From Synechococcales cyanobacterium S06 (lineage in GTDB: Bacteria > Cyanobacteriota > Cyanobacteriia > Cyanobacteriales > JAABRE01): a stretch of 64,000 nt of DNA. The stretch spans positions 4,109 to 68,108 of the forward strand of contig JAABRE010000014.1 of NCBI GenBank assembly GCA_011391125.1. The letters run 5' to 3'. Under the pieces are notes generated by a model. That model did no database searches, had not been told where the DNA came from, and was given only the letters and a program-made list of their open reading frames with translations. Both the position numbers and the translations under genes were made by a program. Of this stretch, positions 46,090 to 55,156 are shown piece by piece (positions within the stretch are counted from its first letter, which is position 1; every line of letters begins with the position of its first letter).

Positions 46090-46863
46090 TTAAAACACGT
46101 CTTTTTGCCCTCGTAAACGTCCAAAAACCTGCACAGGTTCATCGCTGTTCATCGCTTTTTGCAGTTCGGGGGTATCCCACCTTAAAAAAGGATTTGTGAG
46201 CTTTTCTAGCCCTAAAATTGAGGGAATTGTGGCTATTGATTGACTCCTTTGTCGTTGGACTTCCTGATATCTTTCCTGCAAATTTTCATTATTGGCTTCT
46301 ACCGTCAAAGCAAATTTTAAATTACTCAAAGTGTACTCGTGGGCACACCAAACTCTGGTATGATCGGGCAAATTCCTTAATTTTGTGAGAGATTTGACCA
46401 TATCAGCTGGAGTTCCCTCAAATAAGCGGCCGCACCCCCCCGCGAACAACGTATCTCCACAAAATAGCTCCCCGGTACTCTCATTCTCAGCAGGTGGGAA
46501 ATAATAGGCAATATGGGCCTTCGTATGTCCGGGTACAAAGAAGACTTCGGCAATACGCCCAGCAAATTCCACCCTGTCACCATCTTGCAAAAATCTTTCT
46601 TGTCCTGGTATTCTACCTCGGTCTTCAGCTCCCCCATAGATACAAAGATCAGGAAAAGCCGCCTTTAATTGATTGTTTGCCCCAATATGATCACCGTGGT
46701 GATGAGTATTAAAAATGGCGACTAAATTAAGCTCAAATTCCTGTAAAATTTTAGCCACCGGTTCATACTCAGCCGGATCTACTACGGCCGCAATTTGCTG
46801 ATTCTGATCATAAAGTAGAAAAATATAATTATCAGATAAGGCCGGAATGCGTAGAATTTCCAT
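46090..46863 (-). CDS. gloB: Hydroxyacylglutathione hydrolase (glyoxalase II)
   Basis: [37 protein letters not shown]. Start taken at 46863. Confidence 0.93.
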   Translation of the reverse strand: MEILRIPALSDNYIFLLYDQNQQIAAVVDPAEYEPVAKILQEFELNLVAIFNTHHHGDHIGANNQLKAAFPDLCIYGGAEDRGRIPGQERFLQDGDRVEFAGRIAEVFFVPGHTKAHIAYYFPPAENESTGELFCGDTLFAGGCGRLFEGTPADMVKSLTKLRNLPDHTRVWCAHEYTLSNLKFALTVEANNENLQERYQEVQRQRSQSIATIPSILGLEKLTNPFLRWDTPELQKAMNSDEPVQVFGRLRGQKDVF

Positions 46864-46937
46864 TTTTAACTTCTCCCTCAAAAATTAACTATAATTTGCT
46901 TGAATTGTGTATTATTTTAATAGTAAAAGGAGAGCAA

Positions 46938-47144
46938 ATGACGACCAACTTTTCACATCAAGCTAAACCAAGCATAGAAAATACCGTATCGCAAATTATG
47001 CAAACAGGTAACTTAAATCGTCAAGAACATTTTGATTTAGTTACCCTGTTTCTTTCCGATTTTTTAGTCACCGAAGAAGAAAGAATACAAATAAATCTTG
47101 TTTTTGATAATATGTACAAAGGAAAAATCCAATTTATTGATTAA
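46938..47144 (+). CDS. Small hypothetical protein (68 aa)
   Basis: ATG at 46938 preceded by AAAGGAGAG. No motif recognised. Confidence 0.45.
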   Translation: MTTNFSHQAKPSIENTVSQIMQTGNLNRQEHFDLVTLFLSDFLVTEEERIQINLVFDNMYKGKIQFID

Positions 47145-47173
47145 TATATATTAAATTAGGGTTAATTAACATC

Positions 47174-48373
47174 GTGAATTTATCAGGAAATAATCTCAAA
47201 ATATCCATAGTCGCTAGTGATTTATCCAGTCAAGGTGCAGGAAGATGGGGGGGAGCAAATCGACCTTTTTTATTAGCTCATGCTTTGAAAAAAATAGGCT
47301 ATTCCGTTGAAATAGTGGGGTTAGCTTTTGATAGTAATTCTCCTACTTTGTATGACCCAGAAATTCCTGTTTCTTCTGTCCCTTGTTCCTATTATTCAGG
47401 TATAATTAGTGCATCTCAACAGTTATTACAACAAATTGATGGTGACATTATTTATGCAGTAAAACTGAAACCAACTAGCTTTGGTTTAGCTATTCTGAAA
47501 AAATTAATCGGTAATAAACCTTTAATTTTAGATATAGATGATTGGGAATTAAGTTGGTATGGAGGGGAGAATTTTCAATATAAACCGAATTTAAAACAGT
47601 TAATTACAGATATTTTACCCAAAGAAGCACCCTTAAGATTTCCAGATCATCCTCTCTATTTATCCTGGTTAGAAAAGTTAACCTCTTACGCCGATCTTAT
47701 CACAACCCATACTCAATTTTTACAACAACGTTTTGGGGGAATTTATATTCCTAATGGTAAGGATACAAACTTATTTAATCCCGAAAATTATGACCCAGAA
47801 GCTAGTAGAATAAAATATGGTTTATCCGATTATAAAGTGTTAATGTTCCCCGGTGCACCGCGTCAATATAAAGGATTAGAAGATGTTTTAACCGCTTTGG
47901 AAATACTAAATCAACCTAAACTAAAATTAGTCATTGTTGGCGGTAGTCCCTATGATGATTATGATCAGAAATTAATGGAAAAATGGGGTAAATGGATTAT
48001 TAAAATCCCTAAATCTCCTGTTAATCTAATGCCAGAAATTGTCGCTGCTGCCCATATAATTGTCGTACCCCAGAAAAATACTCCCGCTACTCAGGCCCAA
48101 TTTCCTTTAAAATTAACGGATGGAATGGCCATGGCCAAACCAATTTTAGCGACCAAAGTTGGTGATATACCTGATATTTTAGGCGATACTGGTTTCTTGG
48201 TTGAACCTGATTCTCCTCAAGAAATTGCCACTACAATTGACTATATTTTTCAGCATTGGGACTTAGCTCAAAATAAAGGATTAGAAGCTAGAGAAAGATG
48301 TCTTAATTACTTTAGTATTGATACCATGGCAGCAATTTTAGAGCCCATTATTAATAATTTATTAAACCAATAA
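47174..48373 (+). CDS. Glycosyltransferase, GT4 family (GT-B fold)
   Basis: 399 aa. C-terminal FPLKLTDGMAMAKPILATKVGDIPDILGDTGFLVEP is an E-x7-E-like region. GTG start. Confidence 0.85.
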   Translation: MNLSGNNLKISIVASDLSSQGAGRWGGANRPFLLAHALKKIGYSVEIVGLAFDSNSPTLYDPEIPVSSVPCSYYSGIISASQQLLQQIDGDIIYAVKLKPTSFGLAILKKLIGNKPLILDIDDWELSWYGGENFQYKPNLKQLITDILPKEAPLRFPDHPLYLSWLEKLTSYADLITTHTQFLQQRFGGIYIPNGKDTNLFNPENYDPEASRIKYGLSDYKVLMFPGAPRQYKGLEDVLTALEILNQPKLKLVIVGGSPYDDYDQKLMEKWGKWIIKIPKSPVNLMPEIVAAAHIIVVPQKNTPATQAQFPLKLTDGMAMAKPILATKVGDIPDILGDTGFLVEPDSPQEIATTIDYIFQHWDLAQNKGLEARERCLNYFSIDTMAAILEPIINNLLNQ

Positions 48374-48374
48374 T

Positions 48375-50450
48375 ATGACCTTTAAAGAACTCACTATACA
48401 ATTTATTAAAGATAATCCAATCTTGATTACTTTAAGTATTATTTTAGGATTTTCCGGCGCAATTTTTAATACCGTGGGTACAGCTTTAATTATTCCTCTT
48501 TTATTAGTCTTTGTCGGTCAATCGCAAATGTTACTTGAAGGTGGTCCACCCATCTTACAAAAAACCATTTCACTTTTTGATACTTTCCCTGAAAATACCA
48601 GATTTTTCGCCATGTTTGGAGCCGTTTTATTCGCAATTATCCTTAAAAATGCCGCTAATTTAGGAAATACCATCATCTCAGGACAACTTTCTCGCAATTT
48701 AGTTAAAAGTCTAAGATTAGAAGGTATTAAAACTATTTTAAATGTAGATATAGATTATCATAATAAAAATAAAAGTGGCGATCTTCATAATCGTTTAAGT
48801 GGCGAAATCAATAAAACTGCTAGTTCAGTTAGAACGGTTATTACTATGATTTCTAATATTATTAATATTTCGGTTTTTGTCTGGTTTTTAGTTACTTTAT
48901 CTTGGCAACTTACTATTATTACAGTTTGTTTATTTGGTTTGATCGCTCTTTCTAATCAGTATTTTGTCAAAAAATCCCGAGAATATGGACATATTCTTGG
49001 GCAAACAGCGAAAGATTATGCTAATACTTTATTTGAAGTCTTAGGTGGGATAAGACTAATTAAAACTGTCAGTTATGAAGAACCAGAATATGAAAAAATG
49101 CGACAGCTAACTTTAACAAGAGAACAGGCCGAATTTGACAGTCAAATTAACTTTAGTATTCTTGGACCTTGGACAGAAATTAGCGGTATTTTTGTAATCT
49201 TTATTATCGTTATAGCTGGTAAATTTATTTATGCTGAAAATATGGCTAGTTTTTCCGCCATTATTTTAACTTACTTGGTTTTATTAAATAGATTAATCCC
49301 TCCTGTTAATGCTTTAAATGGCCAGCGTAATAGTTTAGCTAATGCTGATTTCAGTGTACAAATGACCACAGATTTACTCCGAAAAGACAATAAACCGATC
49401 ATGGAAAATGGTCATGAAATTTATCAAGGTTTACAGGATAAAATTGAATTTAAAAATTTAAGTTTTACTTACCCCGATAATCAAAATCAAGTTTTGAAAC
49501 ATATCGAATTAACTATTAATAAAGGTAAAACCATTGCTTTAGTAGGAGCTTCTGGTGCAGGTAAATCAACCATAGCAGATTTATTACCTAGATTTTATGA
49601 TCCCACAGATGGCAAAATTATCCTAGATGGTAAAGAGTTAAGGGAATATGAGCTAAAATCCTTAAGAAAAGCGATCGGTTTTGTCAGTCAAGATACTTAT
49701 TTATTTAATAATTCCGTCGCTTATAATATTGCTTATGGAATGGAAAATGCCAGCCAAGATGATATTATTATGGCAGCCAAAAGGGCAAATGCCTACGAAT
49801 TTATTATTGATTTACCCCACGGATTTGATACCGAAATTGGCGATCGCGGAGTCTTACTTTCGGGAGGTCAAAGACAAAGAATTGCCATCGCTCGCGCCTT
49901 ATTAAGAAACCCTGATATCTTAATATTAGATGAAGCAACCAGTGCGTTAGATACTGTCTCAGAAAAATTAGTACAACAAGCAATTGAAGAACTTTGTAAA
50001 GATAGAACCAGCTTGGTAATTGCTCACCGATTATCTACCATTGAAAAAGCCGATCAAATTGTGGTTTTAAATAAGGGAGAAATCGTGGAAATGGGTAATC
50101 ACCAAGAATTATTAGCAAAAGATGGTTACTATGCTAAATTATATTCAATGCAATTCACCGACAAGGCAAAATCACAAGAGATCGAATCAGCAAATTTAGA
50201 CAATTTATCGTCACCAATTTTAAGAGAATTCCAGCAAACTTTCCAGAAATTGCCCAATTATATTTCTTTTGAAATTAGGGCTGGACTTAATGCTCTATTA
50301 GGCACTTTAGGATTATTAAATGATGGCTTATTTGATAATACAGAAGAACAGCATGAACTGGTGGAAGAATCCTATGATTCGGCCTTAAATTTACTTAATA
50401 CCATTGAATTTTTTGAGGTAAGAATATCGAATTTAATCTCTAAATATTAG
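48375..50450 (+). CDS. ABC exporter (fused TMD-NBD, MsbA-like) with a ~95-aa C-terminal HisKA-like extension
   Basis: 691 aa. Walker A GASGAGKST, signature LSGGQRQRIAIARA, Walker B ILILDEATSALD. The tail reads ISFEIRAGLNALLGTLGLL. Confidence 0.92.
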   Translation: MTFKELTIQFIKDNPILITLSIILGFSGAIFNTVGTALIIPLLLVFVGQSQMLLEGGPPILQKTISLFDTFPENTRFFAMFGAVLFAIILKNAANLGNTIISGQLSRNLVKSLRLEGIKTILNVDIDYHNKNKSGDLHNRLSGEINKTASSVRTVITMISNIINISVFVWFLVTLSWQLTIITVCLFGLIALSNQYFVKKSREYGHILGQTAKDYANTLFEVLGGIRLIKTVSYEEPEYEKMRQLTLTREQAEFDSQINFSILGPWTEISGIFVIFIIVIAGKFIYAENMASFSAIILTYLVLLNRLIPPVNALNGQRNSLANADFSVQMTTDLLRKDNKPIMENGHEIYQGLQDKIEFKNLSFTYPDNQNQVLKHIELTINKGKTIALVGASGAGKSTIADLLPRFYDPTDGKIILDGKELREYELKSLRKAIGFVSQDTYLFNNSVAYNIAYGMENASQDDIIMAAKRANAYEFIIDLPHGFDTEIGDRGVLLSGGQRQRIAIARALLRNPDILILDEATSALDTVSEKLVQQAIEELCKDRTSLVIAHRLSTIEKADQIVVLNKGEIVEMGNHQELLAKDGYYAKLYSMQFTDKAKSQEIESANLDNLSSPILREFQQTFQKLPNYISFEIRAGLNALLGTLGLLNDGLFDNTEEQHELVEESYDSALNLLNTIEFFEVRISNLISKY

Positions 50451-50571
50451 CTGATTTCTTGATTTTTGAAAAAAAAACAATTAAATATAACATTCTGTAA
50501 AGCTAAAGTTAGATTGCTCCCTCTCTTATTAGACAATGGAGTTAAACTTATAGTCAAAAAAATAAATAATT

Positions 50572-51207
50572 ATGGGACTTATTAAATCTCAACCATTGGA
50601 AGAAGCTATTAAAGTAGCTGGAACAGACGACGAAACCCGCAATCGCATCATTAGAGCCGCCTTACGTTTGTTTTCTCGTCATGGTTACGAAAAAACCACT
50701 ACCAAGGAGTTGGCTGCTGTAGCAAAAGTAGCCGAAGGAACTTTATTTCGACATTTTGAGAACAAAAAAGCAATTTTAATCGAAGTAACCACCTTAGGTT
50801 GGATCGAAATTTTGACGGATTTATTAACGGAATTAAGCGAAATGGGGAGCTATAAAGCGGTAGCTCAAGTAATGCGCAAAAGAATGTTAAAATTAACCGA
50901 AAATGCCGATTTATTTCGAGTTTGCTTTATTGAAGCTCAATTTCACCCCGAATTAAGAGAAAAGATCCAATCAGAAGTGATTGGAAAAATGACAAGTGTT
51001 GCTGAAGCCTTCTTTGAAACCGCCATGGAACGGGGCATATATAGAAAAATCAACCCTAAAATTGTGGCTCAAGTCTTTTTAGGGATGTTTGCGATCGCCG
51101 GATTTTCTGATCAAACAATTATTGATCCCAAAGCCAGTCCCAAACAATTAGAAGAAATGGCCGAAGGTATTGCTGATATTTTTCTTAACGGTGTATTAAA
51201 CAATTAA
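50572..51207 (+). CDS. TetR/AcrR-family transcriptional regulator
   Basis: 211 aa with HTH RIIRAALRLFSRHGYEKTTTKELAAVAKVAEGTLFRHFENKKAIL. Confidence 0.93.
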   Translation: MGLIKSQPLEEAIKVAGTDDETRNRIIRAALRLFSRHGYEKTTTKELAAVAKVAEGTLFRHFENKKAILIEVTTLGWIEILTDLLTELSEMGSYKAVAQVMRKRMLKLTENADLFRVCFIEAQFHPELREKIQSEVIGKMTSVAEAFFETAMERGIYRKINPKIVAQVFLGMFAIAGFSDQTIIDPKASPKQLEEMAEGIADIFLNGVLNN

Positions 51208-51215
51208 TAAGTAAG

Positions 51216-52778
51216 ATGACTAGAGTAAATAAATCCAATTTAAAAAGTAAGAAAAAGAGCAGTAACATCTTAGAGAAAATAATGGTATTTTGGGCGACAG
51301 TTAACCTAACGTTAGTGTTATTTGATCTTAGTTATATACCATGGCGGGATTTTTGGTTACAAGGGAGAATACAACTATTTCTTAAAGTCGGCCAATATGA
51401 ATTAGAATTTCCGGAATATCCTCTAAAAATTTTACCTTTTTCCCTTACAAATTATTATGATTGGGTCAAAGGAATTGAACCCTATCGAGATACAGAAAAT
51501 TATTTAAAAACCGTAGAAAAATTTAACAATCAAATTAATCAAATAGCGATCAAAACCTTAGAAAATGAATCAAAAATAGATAAGGAGCAAGAAAATATAG
51601 AACAAATTTTAGGGGATTTACGTGAGCAAAGTCAAGAAATAATCGCCACAAATCCTTTTCAATCGGCGAATAAAACTGGCACTTTAGAAAAGATAAAAAA
51701 TAAAATGAGAGTGCATATTTTTGGCTCAGAAGAAGCTTCAGCCAAGAAATCTTTTGAGATATTTTGGAGCAAAGAACATTTACTTAAACAAGGAATTAGA
51801 CAGGAATTAATCTTTTTTGACAAAGAAATAAAACCCTTAATTGAAACTAATTATTATCGTCCCCTAGGAGAAAATGGCCAGTTGGTAGATAATTTTGGTA
51901 TCCTCGATTTTTCCTGTTTTACGATTTATTTTCTCGGGGAATTTTTAGGGAGAACATGGTATATTAGCCGTAGTCATAGCGGGGTAACATGGTTAGATGC
52001 CATGTTATGGAGATGGTACGATTTATTTTTCTTTTTACCCGTATTTCGTTGGTTAAGAATTATTCCGGTTACCCTTCGTTTAAATAAAATTGGCTTCCTC
52101 GATTTAAGTGCCATTCAAAAACAAGTAAGTCAGGGTTTTGTCGCTGGAATTGCCGAAGATTTAACCGAAGTAGTGGTGATCAGAATTATTGGTCAAACTC
52201 AAAACTTAATTGCAGAAGGGAAAATAGAGACAGTTTTAGCTAATCAAAATACCACAGAATATATTGATATTAATGAGAAAAATGAAATCAAAGAAATCAC
52301 GAAATTAATCTTAGAATTAATTGTTAATCAAGTAATACCTAAAATTCGCCCCGAAGTAGAAGCATTATTAACTTATAGTATCGAAAAAACCTTAAATCAA
52401 TCAGAAGCCTATCAAAGATTACAACAAATTCCTGGCCTGACCAACTTACAACAAAATTTAACCACACAAATAATTAAACAAATTTATCAAATTACCACCG
52501 AAACTTTACAAGGATTTTTAAAACAAGATCAAGAATTTGACAGTTTACTGGACGAAATAACCCAAAAATTTACGAACACCATGGGAGCAGAATTGAAAGC
52601 TCAAGAAAGTATGGAGCAAATACAAAACCTCTTGATTGATTTTCTGGAAGAAATGAAAATAAATTTCATTCAGAAACTTTCAGACGAGGATGTCGAGGCA
52701 ATTTTGGAGCAAAAAAGAAAACTAAAACATCCAGCAAGTTTAATCACCCCAGTCAAATCCTTAAAAAAGTCAAAATAG
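51216..52778 (+). CDS. Membrane protein with voltage-sensor-like S2-S4 helices and a long C-terminal helical region
   Basis: 520 aa. TM at aa 22-43, then aa 227-291: FTIYFLGEFLGR, WRWYDLFFFLP, FRWLRIIPVTLRLNK. It lies 8 nt after the TetR gene. Confidence 0.6.
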   Translation: MTRVNKSNLKSKKKSSNILEKIMVFWATVNLTLVLFDLSYIPWRDFWLQGRIQLFLKVGQYELEFPEYPLKILPFSLTNYYDWVKGIEPYRDTENYLKTVEKFNNQINQIAIKTLENESKIDKEQENIEQILGDLREQSQEIIATNPFQSANKTGTLEKIKNKMRVHIFGSEEASAKKSFEIFWSKEHLLKQGIRQELIFFDKEIKPLIETNYYRPLGENGQLVDNFGILDFSCFTIYFLGEFLGRTWYISRSHSGVTWLDAMLWRWYDLFFFLPVFRWLRIIPVTLRLNKIGFLDLSAIQKQVSQGFVAGIAEDLTEVVVIRIIGQTQNLIAEGKIETVLANQNTTEYIDINEKNEIKEITKLILELIVNQVIPKIRPEVEALLTYSIEKTLNQSEAYQRLQQIPGLTNLQQNLTTQIIKQIYQITTETLQGFLKQDQEFDSLLDEITQKFTNTMGAELKAQESMEQIQNLLIDFLEEMKINFIQKLSDEDVEAILEQKRKLKHPASLITPVKSLKKSK

Positions 52779-53049
52779 AGCTATAATATTAAAGGATATT
52801 CCCTCGCTACACAAGTGCCTGATTTTAGGTTATATTTGTTAGATAGGTTTTGCGACCCTTGAGAGGTAATGCTGAGTATATTTAGCAAATATGCGTGTAA
52901 CCTCTACTTTGAATCTCTGTTTTTTGTAACAGAGAAGTCTTCGCGAATAAACTTGATTTTCTGAATTAAATTGATTCAGGAAACATTGGCACTGATTTTC
53001 AGATCAGATTAATCTCAAAATTTTGACATTAGTCTGAAACACTATTGTA

Positions 53050-53071
53050 GTGGGTCTGACCCGCTTTTTTT
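53050..53071 (+). promoter_or_regulatory. Attenuator/terminator-like hairpin plus T7 run in the rimP-nusA-infB leader
   Basis: GTGGGT ctg ACCCGC (6-bp stem, 53050-53064) followed by TTTTTTT (53065-53071), 14 nt before the rimP ATG. Confidence 0.45.
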
Positions 53072-53085
53072 GTTGCATTGATTAT

Positions 53086-53532
53086 ATGACTCATCCTTTG
53101 ATCCCACAAATTATTGATCTAGCCACCCCGTTAGCCCATCAACTAGGTTTAGACCTGGTTGACGCAGTATTTCAAACGAATAGAACCCCACCAGTGTTAC
53201 GAATTGACGTTCGTAACCTCGAAAGCGATACGAGTTTAGATGACTGTGAAAAAATGAGTCGAGCATTAGAAGAAAAGCTCGACGATTGTGAGTTAATTCC
53301 AGGTGATTATGTGCTGGAAGTATCAAGTCCTGGAATTTCAAGACAATTAACCACAGATAGAGAATTTATCTCATTTAAAGGTTTTGCGGTACTCGTGACA
53401 ACTTTACCCCCAGAGCCGAAAAAATGGCAAGGAAACCTTCAAGGGCGGGATCAAGAGGCAGTTTATTTGAGTCAAAAAGGCAAAATAATTACGATTCCCC
53501 GAGAGGATATTGCCAAAGTGCAATTAACTTAA
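53086..53532 (+). CDS. rimP: Ribosome maturation factor RimP
   Basis: MTHPLIPQIIDLATPLAHQLGLDLVD ... LEVSSPGISRQL. Start taken at the ATG at 53086. Confidence 0.9.
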   Translation: MTHPLIPQIIDLATPLAHQLGLDLVDAVFQTNRTPPVLRIDVRNLESDTSLDDCEKMSRALEEKLDDCELIPGDYVLEVSSPGISRQLTTDREFISFKGFAVLVTTLPPEPKKWQGNLQGRDQEAVYLSQKGKIITIPREDIAKVQLT

Positions 53533-53568
53533 TAGACAAAAATTAATAAACTAGGAGGAACAATACTG

Positions 53569-54744
53569 ATGTCCATCGTCAGTTTACCCGGATTGACCAA
53601 AATGATTGACGAAATTAGTCATATTCATAACTTACCCAAAACATCGGTGGAAGAAGCGCTCCGAGAAGCTTTATTAAAGGGATATGAGCGTTATCGTCGT
53701 TCTCTGAGTATCAGTCACACTCAATTTAGTGAGGAATACTTTGAAAACTTTAAAGTAGAACTAGACACCGAAGAAGAAGGATTTCGCATCCTCTCCATTA
53801 AAACCATCGTTGAGGAAGTCAATAATACCGATCATCAAATCGGACTGAAAGAAGTACGGGAATTTGATGAAGATGCTCAACTTGCTGATACCGTCGTAGC
53901 CGATGTTACTCCAGATCAAAAAGATTTTGGACGTATGGCGGCAATTCAAACCAAACAGGTATTATTGCAAAAACTACGGGATCAACAAAGGAAAATAATC
54001 CAAGAAGAATTCCAAGAAATAGAAGGAGAAATCTTATCAGCTAGAGTGCTTAGATTTGAAAAACAATCTATCATTATGGCGGTAACTAGCACCTTTGGAC
54101 AACCTGAAGTGGAAGCTGAACTACCCAAACGGGAACAATTACCCAATGACAACTATCGAGCCAACGCCAACTTTAAAGTTCATTTAAAGAAAGTGAGAGA
54201 CGGTTCAACTCGTGGTCCCCAATTAATTGTGTCCAGATCTAGTGCAGATTTAGTTGTCTATTTATTTGAAAACGAAGTCCCCGAAATCGAAGAGGAAATC
54301 GTACGGATTATCGCTGTGGCGAGGGAAGCAAATCCCCCCTCTCGTCATGTGGGACCGCGAACGAAAATAGCCGTTGACACCTACGAAAGAGACGTAGATC
54401 CCGTCGGCGCTTGCATCGGCGCTCGTGGTTCACGGATTCAATCCGTAGTTAACGAACTTAGGGGCGAAAAAATAGACGTAATTCGTTGGTCGCCTGATCC
54501 GGCTACCTATATCGCCAATTCCCTAAGTCCCGCTCGAGTAGATCAAGTGATTTTGCTTAACCCCGAAGAACGACAATCTTTAGTTTTGGTGGCGGATGAT
54601 CAACTAAGTTTGGCCATTGGTAAAGAAGGGCAAAACGTCCGTTTAGCGGCCCGTTTAACCGGTTGGAAAATCGACATCAAAGACGGTGCTAAATACGAAG
54701 GTCCAGGAGTTTCGGCGAGGGAATCTGAGATAGTTACCCAATAA
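53569..54744 (+). CDS. nusA: Transcription termination/antitermination factor NusA
   Basis: 391 aa with S1 and KH regions (DPVGACIGARGSRIQSVVNELRGEKIDVI; LAIGKEGQNVRLAARLTGWKIDI). GGAGG Shine-Dalgarno upstream. Confidence 0.97.
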   Translation: MSIVSLPGLTKMIDEISHIHNLPKTSVEEALREALLKGYERYRRSLSISHTQFSEEYFENFKVELDTEEEGFRILSIKTIVEEVNNTDHQIGLKEVREFDEDAQLADTVVADVTPDQKDFGRMAAIQTKQVLLQKLRDQQRKIIQEEFQEIEGEILSARVLRFEKQSIIMAVTSTFGQPEVEAELPKREQLPNDNYRANANFKVHLKKVRDGSTRGPQLIVSRSSADLVVYLFENEVPEIEEEIVRIIAVAREANPPSRHVGPRTKIAVDTYERDVDPVGACIGARGSRIQSVVNELRGEKIDVIRWSPDPATYIANSLSPARVDQVILLNPEERQSLVLVADDQLSLAIGKEGQNVRLAARLTGWKIDIKDGAKYEGPGVSARESEIVTQ

Positions 54745-54767
54745 GAAGGGGACATGAACTAATAGCC

Positions 54768-55049
54768 ATGAAACCCAACCACCGGCGCTGTATTAGTTGT
54801 CGTCAAATCAAACCAAAATCAGGATTTTGGAGGATTGTGAAAACCTATCCATCTGAACAGGTACAATTGGATCAAGGAATGGGACGTTCAGCTTATCTCT
54901 GTCCACAGGTTGACTGTTTAAAAACAGCCCAGCAAAAAAACAGATTAAGTCGCGCCTTAAAAACCAATGTACCAGCAGAAATTTATCAGAAATTATGGGA
55001 GCGTTTAACCACCCCTTCATCAAATCCCCTAGATATAGTTGATATATAA
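54768..55049 (+). CDS. ylxR: YlxR-family (DUF448) RNA-binding protein
   Basis: 93 aa. RRCISCRQIKPKSGFWRIV ... GRSAYLC. It sits between nusA and infB. Confidence 0.88.
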   Translation: MKPNHRRCISCRQIKPKSGFWRIVKTYPSEQVQLDQGMGRSAYLCPQVDCLKTAQQKNRLSRALKTNVPAEIYQKLWERLTTPSSNPLDIVDI

Positions 55050-55156
55050 ACTTACTCACTGAAAGGGAGGACAGCAACGGCAAACAATTATCGGCTCCAC
55101 CGAGCCAAAAAACCAACCAATAACCATTAAATACTACCGATTAAGGGGAAGAGTGC

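Noticed and set aside
46377-46712. ORFs 46377-46637 (minus, alternative frame) and 46494-46712 (plus) inside gloB
   Set aside because: gloB is well supported (THHHGDH). These are overlapping-frame artefacts.
53050-53085. GTG at 53050 as the rimP start (ORF track)
   Set aside because: These 12 codons encode the hairpin plus T7 run (GLTRFFCCIDY). The RimP-family N-terminus begins at the ATG at 53086.
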